Origin: Nemertoderma westbladi | Lineage: Eukaryota; Animalia; Xenacoelomorpha | NCBI GenBank assembly: GCA_032718475.1 | Contig: JAUCBJ010006329.1 | Coordinates: 124,001-188,000 of the forward strand | Direction of reading: 5' to 3' | DNA length: 64,000 nucleotides | In this document: positions 28,001 through 41,200 of the stretch, piece after piece | Layout of the letters: every line of letters starts with the position of its first letter | How positions within the stretch are numbered: position 1 is the stretch's first letter | Notes under the pieces: model-generated | The model's database searches: none | Seen by the model: only the letters and a program-made list of their open reading frames with translations | What the model was told of the DNA's origin: nothing | Program-made: the position numbers and the translations under genes

Positions 28001-29029
28001 AACGGGGTGTTCCAACGCAATCAAATTTCATACATCTCCAGGGGAAAGACGAAGCAAAGAACAGCTGATTACTTCTATAAATGTAAGTGTTACCTGTTCT
28101 TTTGACTTTCATTTAAGATTCGCAACCTCATGGAGTGGGTTAGAAGTTATAAATATGAAGATCGATGTGGTTTTTGAAAAAAATCAAAGGATATTTTGAT
28201 TAATTATTGCTGAAAAACACCAAGGATTTTGACATGGCTTTAATACTTCATTATGTTCATGAAATAGCTGAGAAATTTGAGGTGAATTGTTGCATTATAT
28301 ATTAACTTCAGCTCCAGTCTCTTTGGCAATACGATGAAACTATAATAAATATTCTAGGACACAACAATATTAACAGGGAGATAGGCTACTTATCTCTTCA
28401 CTCTGAGAGCCTCAAAAAGGGGGTGTTCCGACGCAATCAAAATTCATCCATCTCCAGGGGAAAGACGAAGCAAAGAATAGCTGATTACTTCTATAAATGT
28501 AAGTGTTACCTGTTCTTTTGACTTTCGTTTAAGATTGTCTATCTCTTGGAGTGGGTTAGAAGTCATGAATATGAAGAACGATGTCGTTTTTTGTACAAAA
28601 TCTGAGGATATTTTGATAAATTATTGCTGAAAAACCCCAAGGATTTTGACATGGCTTTAATACTTCATTATGTTCATGAAATAGCTGAGAAATTTGAGGT
28701 GAGTTGTTGTATTACGTATTAACTTCAGCTCCAGCCGCTTTGGCAATACGATGAAACTATAATAAATATTCTAGAACACAACAATATTAACAGGGAGATA
28801 GGCTACTTATCTCTTCACTCTGAGAGCCTCAAAAACGGGGTGTTCCGACGCAATCAAATTTCATACATATCCAGGGGAAAGACGAAGCAAAGAACAGCTG
28901 ATTACTTCTATAAATGTAAGTGTTACCTGCTCTTTTGACTTTCATTTATTAAGATCCTATATCTCGTGGAGTGGGTTAGAAGTTATAAATATGAAAATCG
29001 ATGTGGTTTTTGAAAAAAATCAGAGGATA

Positions 29030-32000
29030 TTTTGATAAATTATTGCTGAAAAACCCCAAGGATTTTGACATGGCTTTGATACTTCATTATTTTTCTATTG
29101 CATTACATAATAACTTTAACTGCAGCCACATTAGCAATACGATGAAACTATAATAAATATTCTAGAACACAACAACATTAACAGGGAGATAGGCTACTTA
29201 TCTCTCACTCTGAGAGCCTGAAAAAAGGGGGTGTTCCGACGCTATCAAAATTAATCCATCTCCTGGGGAAAGACGAAGCAAAGAACAGCTGATTACTTCT
29301 ATAAATGAAAGTGTTACCTGCTCCTTTGACTTTCATTTAAGATTCTTTATCTTTTGGAGTGGGTTAGAAGTCATGAATATGAAAAACGATATCGTTTTTT
29401 GTAAAAAATCTGAGGATATTTTGATAAATTATTGGTGAAAAACCCCAAGGATTTTGACATGGCTTTAATACTTCATTATGTTCATGAAAAAACTGAGATA
29501 TTTGAGGTGAATTATTGCATTACATAATAACTTTAACTCCAGCCACTTTAGCAATACGATGAAACTATAATAAATATTCTAGAACACAACAATACTAACA
29601 TGGAGATAGGCTATTTATCTCTACACTCAGACAGCCACAGATAGGGAGGGGTGTTTTGACACAATCAAAATTCAACCATCTCCAGGGGAAAGACGAAGCA
29701 AATAACAGCTGTTTACTTCTATAAAGGAAAGTGTTACCTGTTCTTATGACTTTCGTTTAAGATTCTCTATCTCATGGAGTGGATTAGAAGTGATAAATAT
29801 GAAAATCGATGTGGTTTTTGAAAAAAATCAGAGGATATTTTGATAAATTATTGCTGAAAAACCCCAAGGATTTTGACATGGCTTTATACTCATTATATTC
29901 ATGAAATAGCTGAGATATTTGAGGTGAATTATTGCGTTACATATTAACTTTGGCTCCAGCCGCTTTGGCAATACGATGAAACTATACTAAATATTCTAGA
30001 ACACAACAATATTAACATGGAGATAGGCTATTTATCTCTCCACTCAGACAGCCACAGATAGGGAGGGGTGTTTTGACACAATCAAAATTCAACCATCTCC
30101 AAGGGAAAGACGAAGCAAATAACAGCTGATTACTTCTATAAAGGAAATTGTTACCTGTTCTTATGACTTTCGTTTAAGATTCTCTATCTCGTGGAGTGGA
30201 TTAGAAGTGATAAATATGAAAATCGATGTGGTTTTTGAAAAAAATCAGAGGATATTTTGATAAATTATTGCTGAAAAACCCCAAGCATTTTGACATGGCT
30301 TTAATACTTCATTATATTCATGAAATAGCTGAGATATTTGAGGTGAATTATTGTATCACATATTAACTTCGGCTCCAGGCGCTTTGGCAATACGATGAAA
30401 CTATAATATATATTCTAGAACACAACAATATTAACAAGGAGATAGGCTACTTATATCTTCACTCTGAGAGCCTCAAAAAGGGGGTGTTCCGACGCAATCA
30501 AAATTCATCCAACTCCAGGGGAAAGACGTAGCAAATAACAGCTGATTACTTCTATAAATGTAAGTGTTACCAGTTCTTTTGACTTTCATTTAAGATTCTT
30601 TATCTTGTGGAGTGGGTTAGAAGTCATGAATAAGAAAATCGATTTCGTTTTTTGTAAAAAATCTGAGGATATTTTGATAAATTATTGCTGAAAAACCCCA
30701 AGGATTTTGACATGGCTTTGATACTTCATTATTTTTCTATTGCATTACATAATAACTTTAACTGCAGCCACATTAGCAATACGATGAAACTATAATAAAT
30801 ATTCTAGAACACAACAACATTAACAGGGAGATAGGCTACTTATCTCTCACTCTGAGAGCCTGAAAAAAGGGGGTGTTCCGACGCTATCAAAATTAATCCA
30901 TCTCCTGGGGAAAGACGAAGCAAAGAACAGCTGATTACTTCTATAAATGAAAGTGTTACCTGCTCCTTTGACTTTCATTTAAGATTCTTTATCTTTTGGA
31001 GTGGGTTAGAAGTCATGAATATGAAAAACGATATCGTTTTTTGTAAAAAATTTGAGGATATTTTGATAAATTATTGGTGAAAAACCCCAAGGATTTTGAC
31101 ATGGCTTTAATACTTCATTATGTTCATGAAAAAACTGAGATATTTGAGGTGAATTATTGCATTACATAATAACTTTAACTCCAGCCACTTTAGCAATACG
31201 ATGAAACTATAATAAATATTCTAGAACACAACAATACTAACATGGAGATAGGCTATTTATCTCTACACTCAGACAGCCACAGATAGGGAGGGGTGTTTTG
31301 ACACAATCAAAATTCAACCATCTCCAGGGGAAAGACGAAGCAAATAACAGCTGTTTACTTCTATAAAGGAAAGTGTTACCTGTTCTTATGACTTTCGTTT
31401 AAGATTCTCTATCTCATGGAGTGGATTAGAAGTGATAAATATGAAAATCGATGTGGTTTTTGAAAAAAATCAGAGGATATTTTGATAAATTATTGCTGAA
31501 AAACCCCAAGGATTTTGACATGGCTTTATACTCATTATATTCATGAAATAGCTGAGATATTTGAGGTGAATTATTGCGTTACATATTAACTTTGGCTCCA
31601 GCCGCTTTGGCAATACGATGAAACTATACTAAATATTCTAGAACACAACAATATTAACATGGAGATAGGCTATTTATCTCTCCACTCAGACAGCCACAGA
31701 TAGGGAGGGGTGTTTTGACACAATCAAAATTCAACCATCTCCAAGGGAAAGACGAAGCAAATAACAGCTGATTACTTCTATAAAGGAAATTGTTACCTGT
31801 TCTTATGACTTTCGTTTAAGATTCTCTATCTCGTGGAGTGGATTAGAAGTGATAAATATGAAAATCGATGTGGTTTTTGAAAAAAATCAGAGGATATTTT
31901 GATAAATTATTGCTGAAAAACCCCAAGCATTTTGACATGGCTTTAATACTTCATTATATTCATGAAATAGCTGAGATATTTGAGGTGAATTATTGTATCA

Positions 32001-34330
32001 CATATTAACTTCGGCTCCAGGCGCTTTGGCAATACGATGAAACTATAATATATATTCTAGAACACAACAATATTAACAGGGAGATAGGCTACTTATATCT
32101 TCACTCTGAGAGCCTCAAAAAGGGGGTGTTCCGACGCAATCAAAATTCATCCAACTCCAGGGGAAAGACGTAGCAAATAACAGCTGATTACTTCTATAAA
32201 TGTAAGTGTTACCAGTTCTTTTGACTTTCATTTAAGATTCTTTATCTTGTGGAGTGGGTTAGAAGTCATGAATAAGAAAATCGATTTCGTTTTTTGTAAA
32301 AAATCTGAGGATATTTTGATAAATTATTGCTGAAAAACCCCAAGGATTTTGACATGGCTTTGATACTTCATTATTTTTCTATTGCATTACATAATAACTT
32401 TAACTGCAGCCACATTAGCAATACGATGAAACTATAATAAATATTCTAGAACACAACAACATTAACAGGGAGATAGGCTACTTATCTCTCACTCTGAGAG
32501 CCTGAAAAAAGGGGGTGTTCCGACGCTATCAAAATTAATCCATCTCCTGGGGAAATACGAAGCAAAGAACAGCTGATTACTTCTATAAATGAAAGTGTTA
32601 CCTGCTCCTTTGACTTTCATTTAAGATTCTTTATCTTTTGGAGTGGGTTAGAAGTCATGAATATGAAAAACGATATCGTTTTTTGTAAAAAATCTGAGGA
32701 TATTTTGATAAATTATTGGTGAAAAACCCCAAGGATTTTGACATGGCTTTAATACTTCATTATGTTCATGAAAAAACTGAGATATTTGAGGTGAATTATT
32801 GCATTACATAATAACTTTAACTCCAGCCACTTTAGCAATACGATGAAACTATAATAAATATTCTAGAACACAACAATACTAACATGGAGATAGGCTATTT
32901 ATCTCTACACTCAGACAGCCACAGATAGGGAGGGGTGTTTTGACACAATCAAAATTCAACCATCTCCAGGGGAAAGACGAAGCAAATAACAGCTGTTTAC
33001 TTCTATAAAGGAAAGTGTTACCTGTTCTTATGACTTTCGTTTAAGATTCTCTATCTCATGGAGTGGGTTAGAAGTCATGAATAAGAAAATCGATTTCGTT
33101 TTTTGTAAAAAATCTGAGGATATTTTGATAAATTATTGCTGAAAAACCCCAAGGATTTTGACATGGCTTTGATACTTCATTATTTTTCTATTGCATTACA
33201 TAATAACTTTAACTGCAGCCACATTAGCAATACGATGAAACTATAATAAATATTCTAGAACACAACAACATTAACAGGGAGATAGGCTACTTATCTCTCA
33301 CTCTGAGAGCCTGAAAAAAGGGGGTGTTCCGACGCTATCAAAATTAATCCATCTCCTGGGGAAATACGAAGCAAAGAACAGCTGATTACTTCTATAAATG
33401 AAAGTGTTACCTGCTCCTTTGACTTTCATTTAAGATTCTTTATCTTTTGGAGTGGGTTAGAAGTCATGAATATGAAAAACGATATCGTTTTTTGTAAAAA
33501 ATCTGAGGATATTTTGATAAATTATTGGTGAAAAACCCCAAGGATTTTGACATGGCTTTAATACTTCATTATGTTCATGAAAAAACTGAGATATTTGAGG
33601 TGAATTATTGCATTACATAATAACTTTAACTCCAGCCACTTTAGCAATACGATGAAACTATAATAAATATTCTAGAACACAACAATACTAACATGGAGAT
33701 AGGCTATTTATCTCTACACTCAGACAGCCACAGATAGGGAGGGGTGTTTTGACACAATCAAAATTCAACCATCTCCAGGGGAAAGACGAAGCAAATAACA
33801 GCTGTTTACTTCTATAAAGGAAAGTGTTACCTGTTCTTATGACTTTCGTTTAAGATTCTCTATCTCATGGAGTGGATTAGAAGTGATAAATATGAAAATC
33901 GATGTGGTTTTTGAAAAAAATCAGAGGATATTTTGATAAATTATTGCTGAAAAACCCCAAGGATTTTGACATGGCTTTATACTCATTATATTCATGAAAT
34001 AGCTGAGATATTTGAGGTGAATTATTGCGTTACATATTAACTTTGGCTCCAGCCGCTTTGGCAATACGATGAAACTATACTAAATATTCTAGAACACAAC
34101 AATATTAACATGGAGATAGGCTATTTATCTCTCCACTCAGACAGCCACAGATAGGGAGGGGTGTTTTGACACAATCAAAATTCAACCATCTCCAAGGGAA
34201 AGACGAAGCAAATAACAGCTGATTACTTCTATAAAGGAAATTGTTACCTGTTCTTATGACTTTCGTTTAAGATTCTCTATCTCGTGGAGTGGATTAGAAG
34301 TGATAAATATGAAAATCGATGTGGTTTTTG
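29030..34330. repeat. 4-monomer higher-order repeat, period 1642 bp, with one 809-bp 2-mer unit
   Basis: Deletion marker GATACTTCATTATTTTTCTATTGC recurs at ~29081, 30723, 32365 (spacing 1642) and 33174 (spacing 809). Other shared variants: CCTGAAAAAAGGGGG, CTCTACACTCAG, GCTGTTTACT. Confidence 0.9.
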
Positions 34331-34812
34331 AAAAAAATCAGAGGATATTTTGATAAATTATTGCTGAAAAACCCCAAGGATTTTGACATGGCTTTAATAC
34401 TCATTATATTCATGAAATAGCTGAGATATTTGAGGTGAATTATTGCATTACATATTAACTTTGGCTCCAGCCGCTTTGGCAATACGATGAAACTATAATA
34501 AAAATTCTAGACCACAACAATATTAACAGGGAGATAGGCTACTTATCTCTTCATTCTGAGAGCCTCAAAAAGGGGGTGTTCCGACGCAATCAAAATTCAT
34601 CCATCTCCTGGGGAAAGACGAAGCAAATAACAGCTGATTACTTCTATAAAGGAAAGTGTTACCTGTTCTTATGACTTTCGTTTAAGATTCTCTATCTCGT
34701 GGAGTGGATTAGAAGTGATAAATATGAAAATCGATGTGGTTTTTGAAAAAAATCAGAGGATATTTTGATAAATTATTGCTGAAAAACCCCAAGGATTTTG
34801 ACATGGCTTTAA

Positions 34813-34873
34813 CCCTATCCATACCGGGGTACTTTAGACGCTCCACCTACCGGGGGGGGGACTTTTGGGGACG
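34813..34873 (+). repeat. Left end of MITE: 17-bp TIR plus subterminal repeat TACC(G)9ACTTTTGGGGACG (34848-34873)
   Basis: The subterminal copy matches the reverse complement of the right end, TACC(G)9ACTTTTGGAGACG, with one mismatch. Confidence 0.88.
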
Positions 34874-35255
34874 TAAAGTTTGGAAGCATATAACTTTGTG
34901 TGGTGTAATGATATCACTTTAAAGTAAAAAGTTTTAGATACAAAATTTATTCCTCTATCCAAATATGCCACACACTAATGCTGAAATATAATATTTATAT
35001 ACTATAATTATGTTTAAATTGATTTTAAATTTATATTAAATTGATTGAATTTTAAATTTCCCGCCTATAATAGTTCAGCAATAATATGACAGTTTCAGAG
35101 ACAGGTCAGTTTACGAGTCATTTTCATGGTCATAAATAATAATATGAAAATTAATTTTTGTTTTAAGATAAAGAATAATAAATTTTAGGAAAAGTAACGG
35201 AATTTCACTTGCAATAAATGTGGTTTGGCTTTGAACCAAGCAATCAAATAAAGTG

Positions 35256-35290
35256 CGTCTCCAAAAGTCCCCCCCCCGGTATGGATAGGG
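35256..35290 (-). repeat. Right end of MITE: TIR overlapping the subterminal repeat
   Basis: CGTCTCCAAAAGT(C)9GGTATGGATAGGG; reverse complement CCCTATCCATACC(G)9ACTTTTGGAGACG. Confidence 0.88.
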
Positions 35291-38200
35291 TTAATACTCA
35301 TTATATTCATGAAATAGCTGAGATATTTGAGGTGAATTATTGCATTACATATTAACTTTGGCTCCAGCCGCTTTGGCAATACGATGAAACTATAATAAAT
35401 ATTCTAGAACACAACAATATTAACAGGGAGATAGGCTACTTATCTCTCCACTCTGAGAGCCTCAATAAGGTGGTGTTCCGACGCAATCAAATTTCATCCA
35501 TCTCCAGGGGAAAGACGAAGCAAAGAATAGCTGATTTCTTCTATAAATGAAAGTGTTACCTGCTCTTTTGACTTTCATTTAAGATTCGCTATCTCATGGA
35601 GTAGGTTAGAAGTTATAAATATAAAAATTGATGTGGTTTTTGAAAAAAATCAAAGGATATTTTGATAAATTATTGCTGAAAAACCCCAAGGATTTTGACA
35701 GGGCTTTAATACTTCATTATGTTCATGAAATAGCTGAGATACTTGAGGTGAATTGTTGCATTATATATTAACTTCAGCTCCAGTCTCTTTGGCAATACGA
35801 TGAAACTATAATAAATCTAGAACACAACAATATTAACAGGGAGATAGGCTACTTATCTCTTCACTCTGAGAGCCTCAAAGAGGGGGTGTTCCGACGCAAT
35901 CAAAATTCATCCATATCCAGGGGAAAGACGAAGCAAATAACAGCTGATTACTTCTATAAATGTAAGTGTTACCAGTTCTTTTGACTTTCATTTAAGATTC
36001 TTTATTTTGTGGAGTGGGTTAGAAGTCATGAATAAGAAAACCGATTTCGTTTTTTGTAAAAAATCTGAGGATATTTTGATAAATTATTGCTGAAAAACCC
36101 CAAGGATTTTGACATGGCTTTAATACTTCATTATGTTCATGAAAAAACTGATATATTTGAGGTGAATTAATGCATTACATAATAACTTTAACTCCAGCCA
36201 CTTTAGCAATACGATGAAACTATAATAAATATTCTAGAACACAACAATATTAACATGGAGATAGGCTATTTATCTCTCCACTCAGACAGCCACAGATAGG
36301 GAGGGGTGTTTTGACACAATCAAAATTCAAACATCTCCAGGGGAAGACGAAGCAATTAATAGCTGATAACTTCTATAAATGTAAGTGTTACCTGTTCTTT
36401 AGACTTTCGTTTAAGATTGTCGATCTCTTGGATTGGGTTAGAAGTCATGAATATGATAATCGATGTCGTTTTTAGTAAAAAATCAGAGGAGATTTTAATA
36501 AATTATTGCTGAAAAACACCAAGGATTTTGACAAGGATTTAATACTCATTATATTCATGAAATAGCAGAGATATTTGAGGTGAATTATTGCATTACATAT
36601 TAACTTTGGCTCCAGCCGCTTTGGCAATACGATGAAACTATAATATATATTCTAGAACACAACAATATTAACAGGGATATAGGCTACTCATCTCTTCACT
36701 CTGACAGCCTCAAAAAGGGGGTGTTCCGACGCAATCAAAATTAATCCATCTCCAGGGGAAAGACGAAGCAAAGAATAGCTGATTACTTCTATAAATGTAA
36801 GTGTTACCTGTTCTTTAGACTTTCGTTTAAGATTGTCGATCTCTTGGATTGGGTTAGAAGTCATGAATATGATAATCGATGTCGTTTTTAGTAAAAAATC
36901 AGAGGAGATTTTTATAAATTATTGCTGAAAAACACCAAGGATTTTGACAAGGATTTAATACTCATTATATTCATGAAATAGCAGAGATATTTGAGGTGAA
37001 TTATTGCATTACATATTAACTTTGGCTCCAGCCGCTTTGGCAATACGATGAAACTATAATAAATATTCTAGAACACAACAATATTAACAGGGAGATAGGC
37101 TACTCATCTCTTCACTCTGACAGCCTCAAAAAGAGGGTGTTCCGACGCAATCAAAATTAATCCATCTCCAGGGGAAAGACGAAGCAGAGAACAGCTGATT
37201 ACTTCTATAAATGTAAGTGTTACCTGTTCTTTTGACTTTCATTTAAGATTCGCTATCTCATTGAGTGGGTTAGAAGTTATAAATATAAAAATCGATGTGG
37301 TTTTTGAAAAAAATCAAAGGATATTTTGATTAATTATTGCTGAAAAACACCAAGGATTTTGACATGGCTTTAATACTTCATTAGGTTCATGAAATAGCTG
37401 AGATATTTGAGGTGAATTATTGTATTACATATTAACTTTGGCTCCAGCCGCTTTGGCAATACGATGAAACTTTAATAATATTCTAGAACACAACAATATT
37501 AACATGGAGATAGGCTATTTATCTCTCCACTCAGACAGCCACAGATAGGGAGGGGTGTTTTGACACAATCAAAATTCAACCATCTCCAGGGGAAAGATGA
37601 AGCAAATAACAGCTGATTACTTCTATAAAGGAAAGTGTTACCTGTTCTTATGACTTTCGTTTAAGATTCTCTATCTCATGGAGTGGATTAGAAGTGATAA
37701 ATATGAAAATCGATGTGGTTTTTGAAAAAAATCAGAGGATATTTTGATAAATTATTGCTGAAAAACCCCAAGGATTTTGACATGGCTTTAATACTCATTA
37801 TATTCATGAAATAGCTGAGATATTTGAGGTGAATTATTGCGTTACATATTAACTTTGGCTCCAGCCGCTTTGGCAATACGATGAAACTATAATAAAAATT
37901 CTAGACCACAACAATATTAACAGGGAGATAGGCTACTTATCTCTTCATTCTGAGAGCCTCAAAAAGGGGGTGTTCCGACGCAATCAAAATTCATCCATCT
38001 CCTGGGGCAAGACGAAGCAAATAACAGCTGATTACTTCTATAAAGGAAAGTGTTACCTGTTCTTATGACTTTCGATTAAGATTCTCTATCTCGTGGAGTG
38101 GATTAGAAGTGATAAATATGAAAATCGATGTGGTTTTTGAAAAAAATCAGAGGATATTTTGATAAATTATTGCTGAAAAACCCCAAGGATTTTGACATGG

Positions 38201-41200
38201 CTTTAATACTCATTATATTCATGAAATAGCTGAGATATTTGAGGTGAATTATTGCATTACATATTAACTTCGGCTCCAGCCGCTTTGGCAATACGATGAA
38301 ACTATAATAAATATTCTAGAACACAACAATATTAACAGGGAGATAGGCTACTTATCTCTTCACTCTGAGAGCCTCAAAAACGGGGTGTTCCGACGCAATC
38401 AAATTTCATACATCTCCAGGGGAAAGACGAAGCAAAGAACAGCTGATTACTTCTATAAATGTAAGTGTTACTTGTTCTTTTGACTTTCATTTAAGATTCG
38501 CAACCTCATGGAATGGGTTAGAAGTTATAAATATGAAGATCGATGTGATTCTTGAAAAAAATCAAAGGATATTTTGATTAATTATCGCTGAAAAACACCA
38601 AGGATTTTGACATGGCTTTAATACTTCATTATGTTCATGAAATAGCTGAGAAATTTGAGGTGAATTGTTGCATTATATATTAACTTCAGCTCCAGTCTCT
38701 TTGGCAATACGATGAAACTATAATAAATATTCTAGAACACAACAATATTAACAGGGAGATAGGATACTTATCTCTTCACTCTGAGAGCCTCAAAAAGGGG
38801 GTGTTCCGACGCAATCAAATTTCATACATATCCAGGGGAAAGACGAAGCAAAGAACAGCTGATTACTTCTATAAATGTAAGTGTTACCTGTTCTTTTGAC
38901 ATTCATTTAAGATTCACTATCACATGGAGTGGGTTAGAAGTTATAAATATAAAAATCAATGTGGTTTTTGAAAAAAATCAAAGGATATTTTGATTAATTA
39001 TTGCTGAAAAACCCCAAGGATTTTGACATGGCTTTAATACTTCATTATGTTCATGAAATAGCTGAGATACTTGAGGTGAATTGTTGCATTATATATTAAC
39101 TTCAGCTCCAGTCTCTTTGGCAATACGATGAAACTATAATAAATATTCTAGAACACAACAATATTAACAGGGAGATAGGATACTTATCTCACCACTCAGA
39201 CAGCCACAGATAGGGAGGGGTGTTTTGACACAATCAAATTCAACCATCTCCAGGGGAAAGACGAAGCAAATAACAGCTGATTACTTCTATAAATGTAAGT
39301 GTTACCTGTTTTTTGATTTTCATTTAAGATTCTCTATCTCGTGGAGTGGGATAGAAGTCATGAATATGAAAATCGATGTCGTTTTTTGTAAAAAATCAGA
39401 GGAGATTTTGATAAATTATTGCAGAAAAACACCAAGGATTTTGACATGGCTTTAATACTTCATTATGTTCATGAAATAGCTGAGAAATTTGAGGTGAATT
39501 ATTGCATTATATATTAACTTCAGCTCCAGTCTCTTTGGCAATACGATGAAACTATAATAAATATTCTAGAACATAACAATATTAACAGGGAGATAGGCTA
39601 CTTATCTCTTCACTCTGAGAGCCTCAAAAAGGGGGTGTTCCGACGCAATCAAAATTCATCCATCTCCAGGGGAAAGACGAAGCCAATAACAGCTGATTAC
39701 TTCTATAAATGTAAGTGCTACCTGTTCTTTTGACTTTCATTTAAGATTCTTTATCTTTTGGAGTGGGTTAGAAGTCATGAATATGAAGAACGATGTCGTT
39801 TTTTGTAAAAAATCTGAGGATATTTTGATAAATTATTGCTGAAAAACCCCAAGGATTTTGACATGGCTTTAATACTTCATTATGTTCATGAAATAGCTGA
39901 GAAATTGTTGGTGAGTTTTTGTATTACATATTAACTTCGGCTCCAGCCGCTTTGGCAATACGATGAAACTATAATAAATATTCTAGAACACAACAATATT
40001 AACAGGGAGATAGGCTACTTATCTCTTCACTCTGAGAGCCTCAAAAATGGGGTGTTCCGACGCAATCAAATTTAATACATCTCCAGGGGAAAGACGAAAC
40101 AAAGAACAGCTGATTACTTCTATAAATGTAAGTGTTACCTGTTCTTTTGACTTTCATTTAAGATTCTTTATCTTGTGGAGTGGGTTAGAAGTCATGAATA
40201 AGAAAATCGATTTAGTTTTTTGTAAAAAATCTGAGGATATTTTGATAAATTATTGCTGAAAACCCCCAAGGATTTTGACATGGCTTTAATACTCATAATA
40301 TTCATGAAATAGCTGAGAAATTTGAGGTGAATTATTGTATCACATATTAATTTCGGCTCCAGCCGCTTTGGCAATACGATGAAACTATAATAAATAATTC
40401 TACAACAGAACAATATTAACAGGGAAATAGGCTACTCATCTCTTCACTCTGACAGCCTCAAAAAGGGGGTGTTCCGACGCAATCAAAATTCATCCATCTC
40501 CAGGGGAATGACGAAGCAAAGAACAGCTGATTACTTCTATAAATGTAAGTGTTACCTGTTCTTTTGACTTTCATTTAAGATTCGCTATCTCGTGGAGTGG
40601 ATTAGAAGTTATAAATATGAAAATCGATGTGGTTTTTGAAAAAATCAGAGGATATTTTGATAAATTATTGCTGAAAAACCCCAAGGATTTTGACATGGCT
40701 TTAATACTTCATTATATTCATGAAATAGCTGAGATATTTGAGGTGAATTATTGTATCACATATTAACTTCGGCTCCAGGCGCTTTGGCAATACGATGAAA
40801 CTATAATATATATTCTAGAACACAACAATACTAACAGGGAGATAGGCTACTTATCTCTTCACTATGAGAGCCTCAAAAAGGGGGTGTTCCGACGCAATCA
40901 AAATTCATCCATCTCCAGGGGAAAGACGAAGCAAATAACAGCTGATTACTTCTATAAATGTAAGTGTTACCTGTTTTTTGATTTTCATTTAAGATTCTCT
41001 ATCTCGTGGAGTGGGATAGAAGTCATGAATATGAAAATCGATGTCGTTTTTTGTAAAAAATCAGAGGAGATTTTGATAAATTATTGCAGAAAAACACCAA
41101 GGATTTTGACATGGCTTTAATACTTCATTATGTTCATGAAATAGCTGAGATATTTGAGGTGAATTATTGCGTTACATATTAACTTTGGCTCCAGCCGCTT

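Larger units (their letters stand above)
1..34812. repeat. Satellite DNA array, ~415-416 bp monomer, head-to-tail (segment 1)
   Basis: Landmarks such as AACAATATTAACAGGGAGATAGGCTACTTATCTC, GGGGTGTTCCGACGCAATCAAA and AAGGATTTTGACATGGCTTTAATAC recur about every 415 bp. Identical spurious ORFs recur at 20230/20645/21060 (period 415). Confidence 0.99.
34813..35290. mobile_element. Non-autonomous piggyBac-superfamily DNA transposon (MITE), 478 bp
   Basis: TTAA at 34809-34812 and 35291-35294 flanks CCC...GGG termini. Perfect 17-bp TIR CCCTATCCATACCGGGG. AT-rich non-coding interior. Removing the element and one TTAA restores the satellite GACATGGCTTTAATACTCATT. A TTAA TSD with CCC termini is the established piggyBac signature. 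Confidence 0.95.

Noticed and set aside
34734-35379. ORFs 34734-34922 and 35185-35379 as a MITE transposase remnant
   Set aside because: Both are chimeric read-throughs from satellite into the MITE ends with no transposase motifs.
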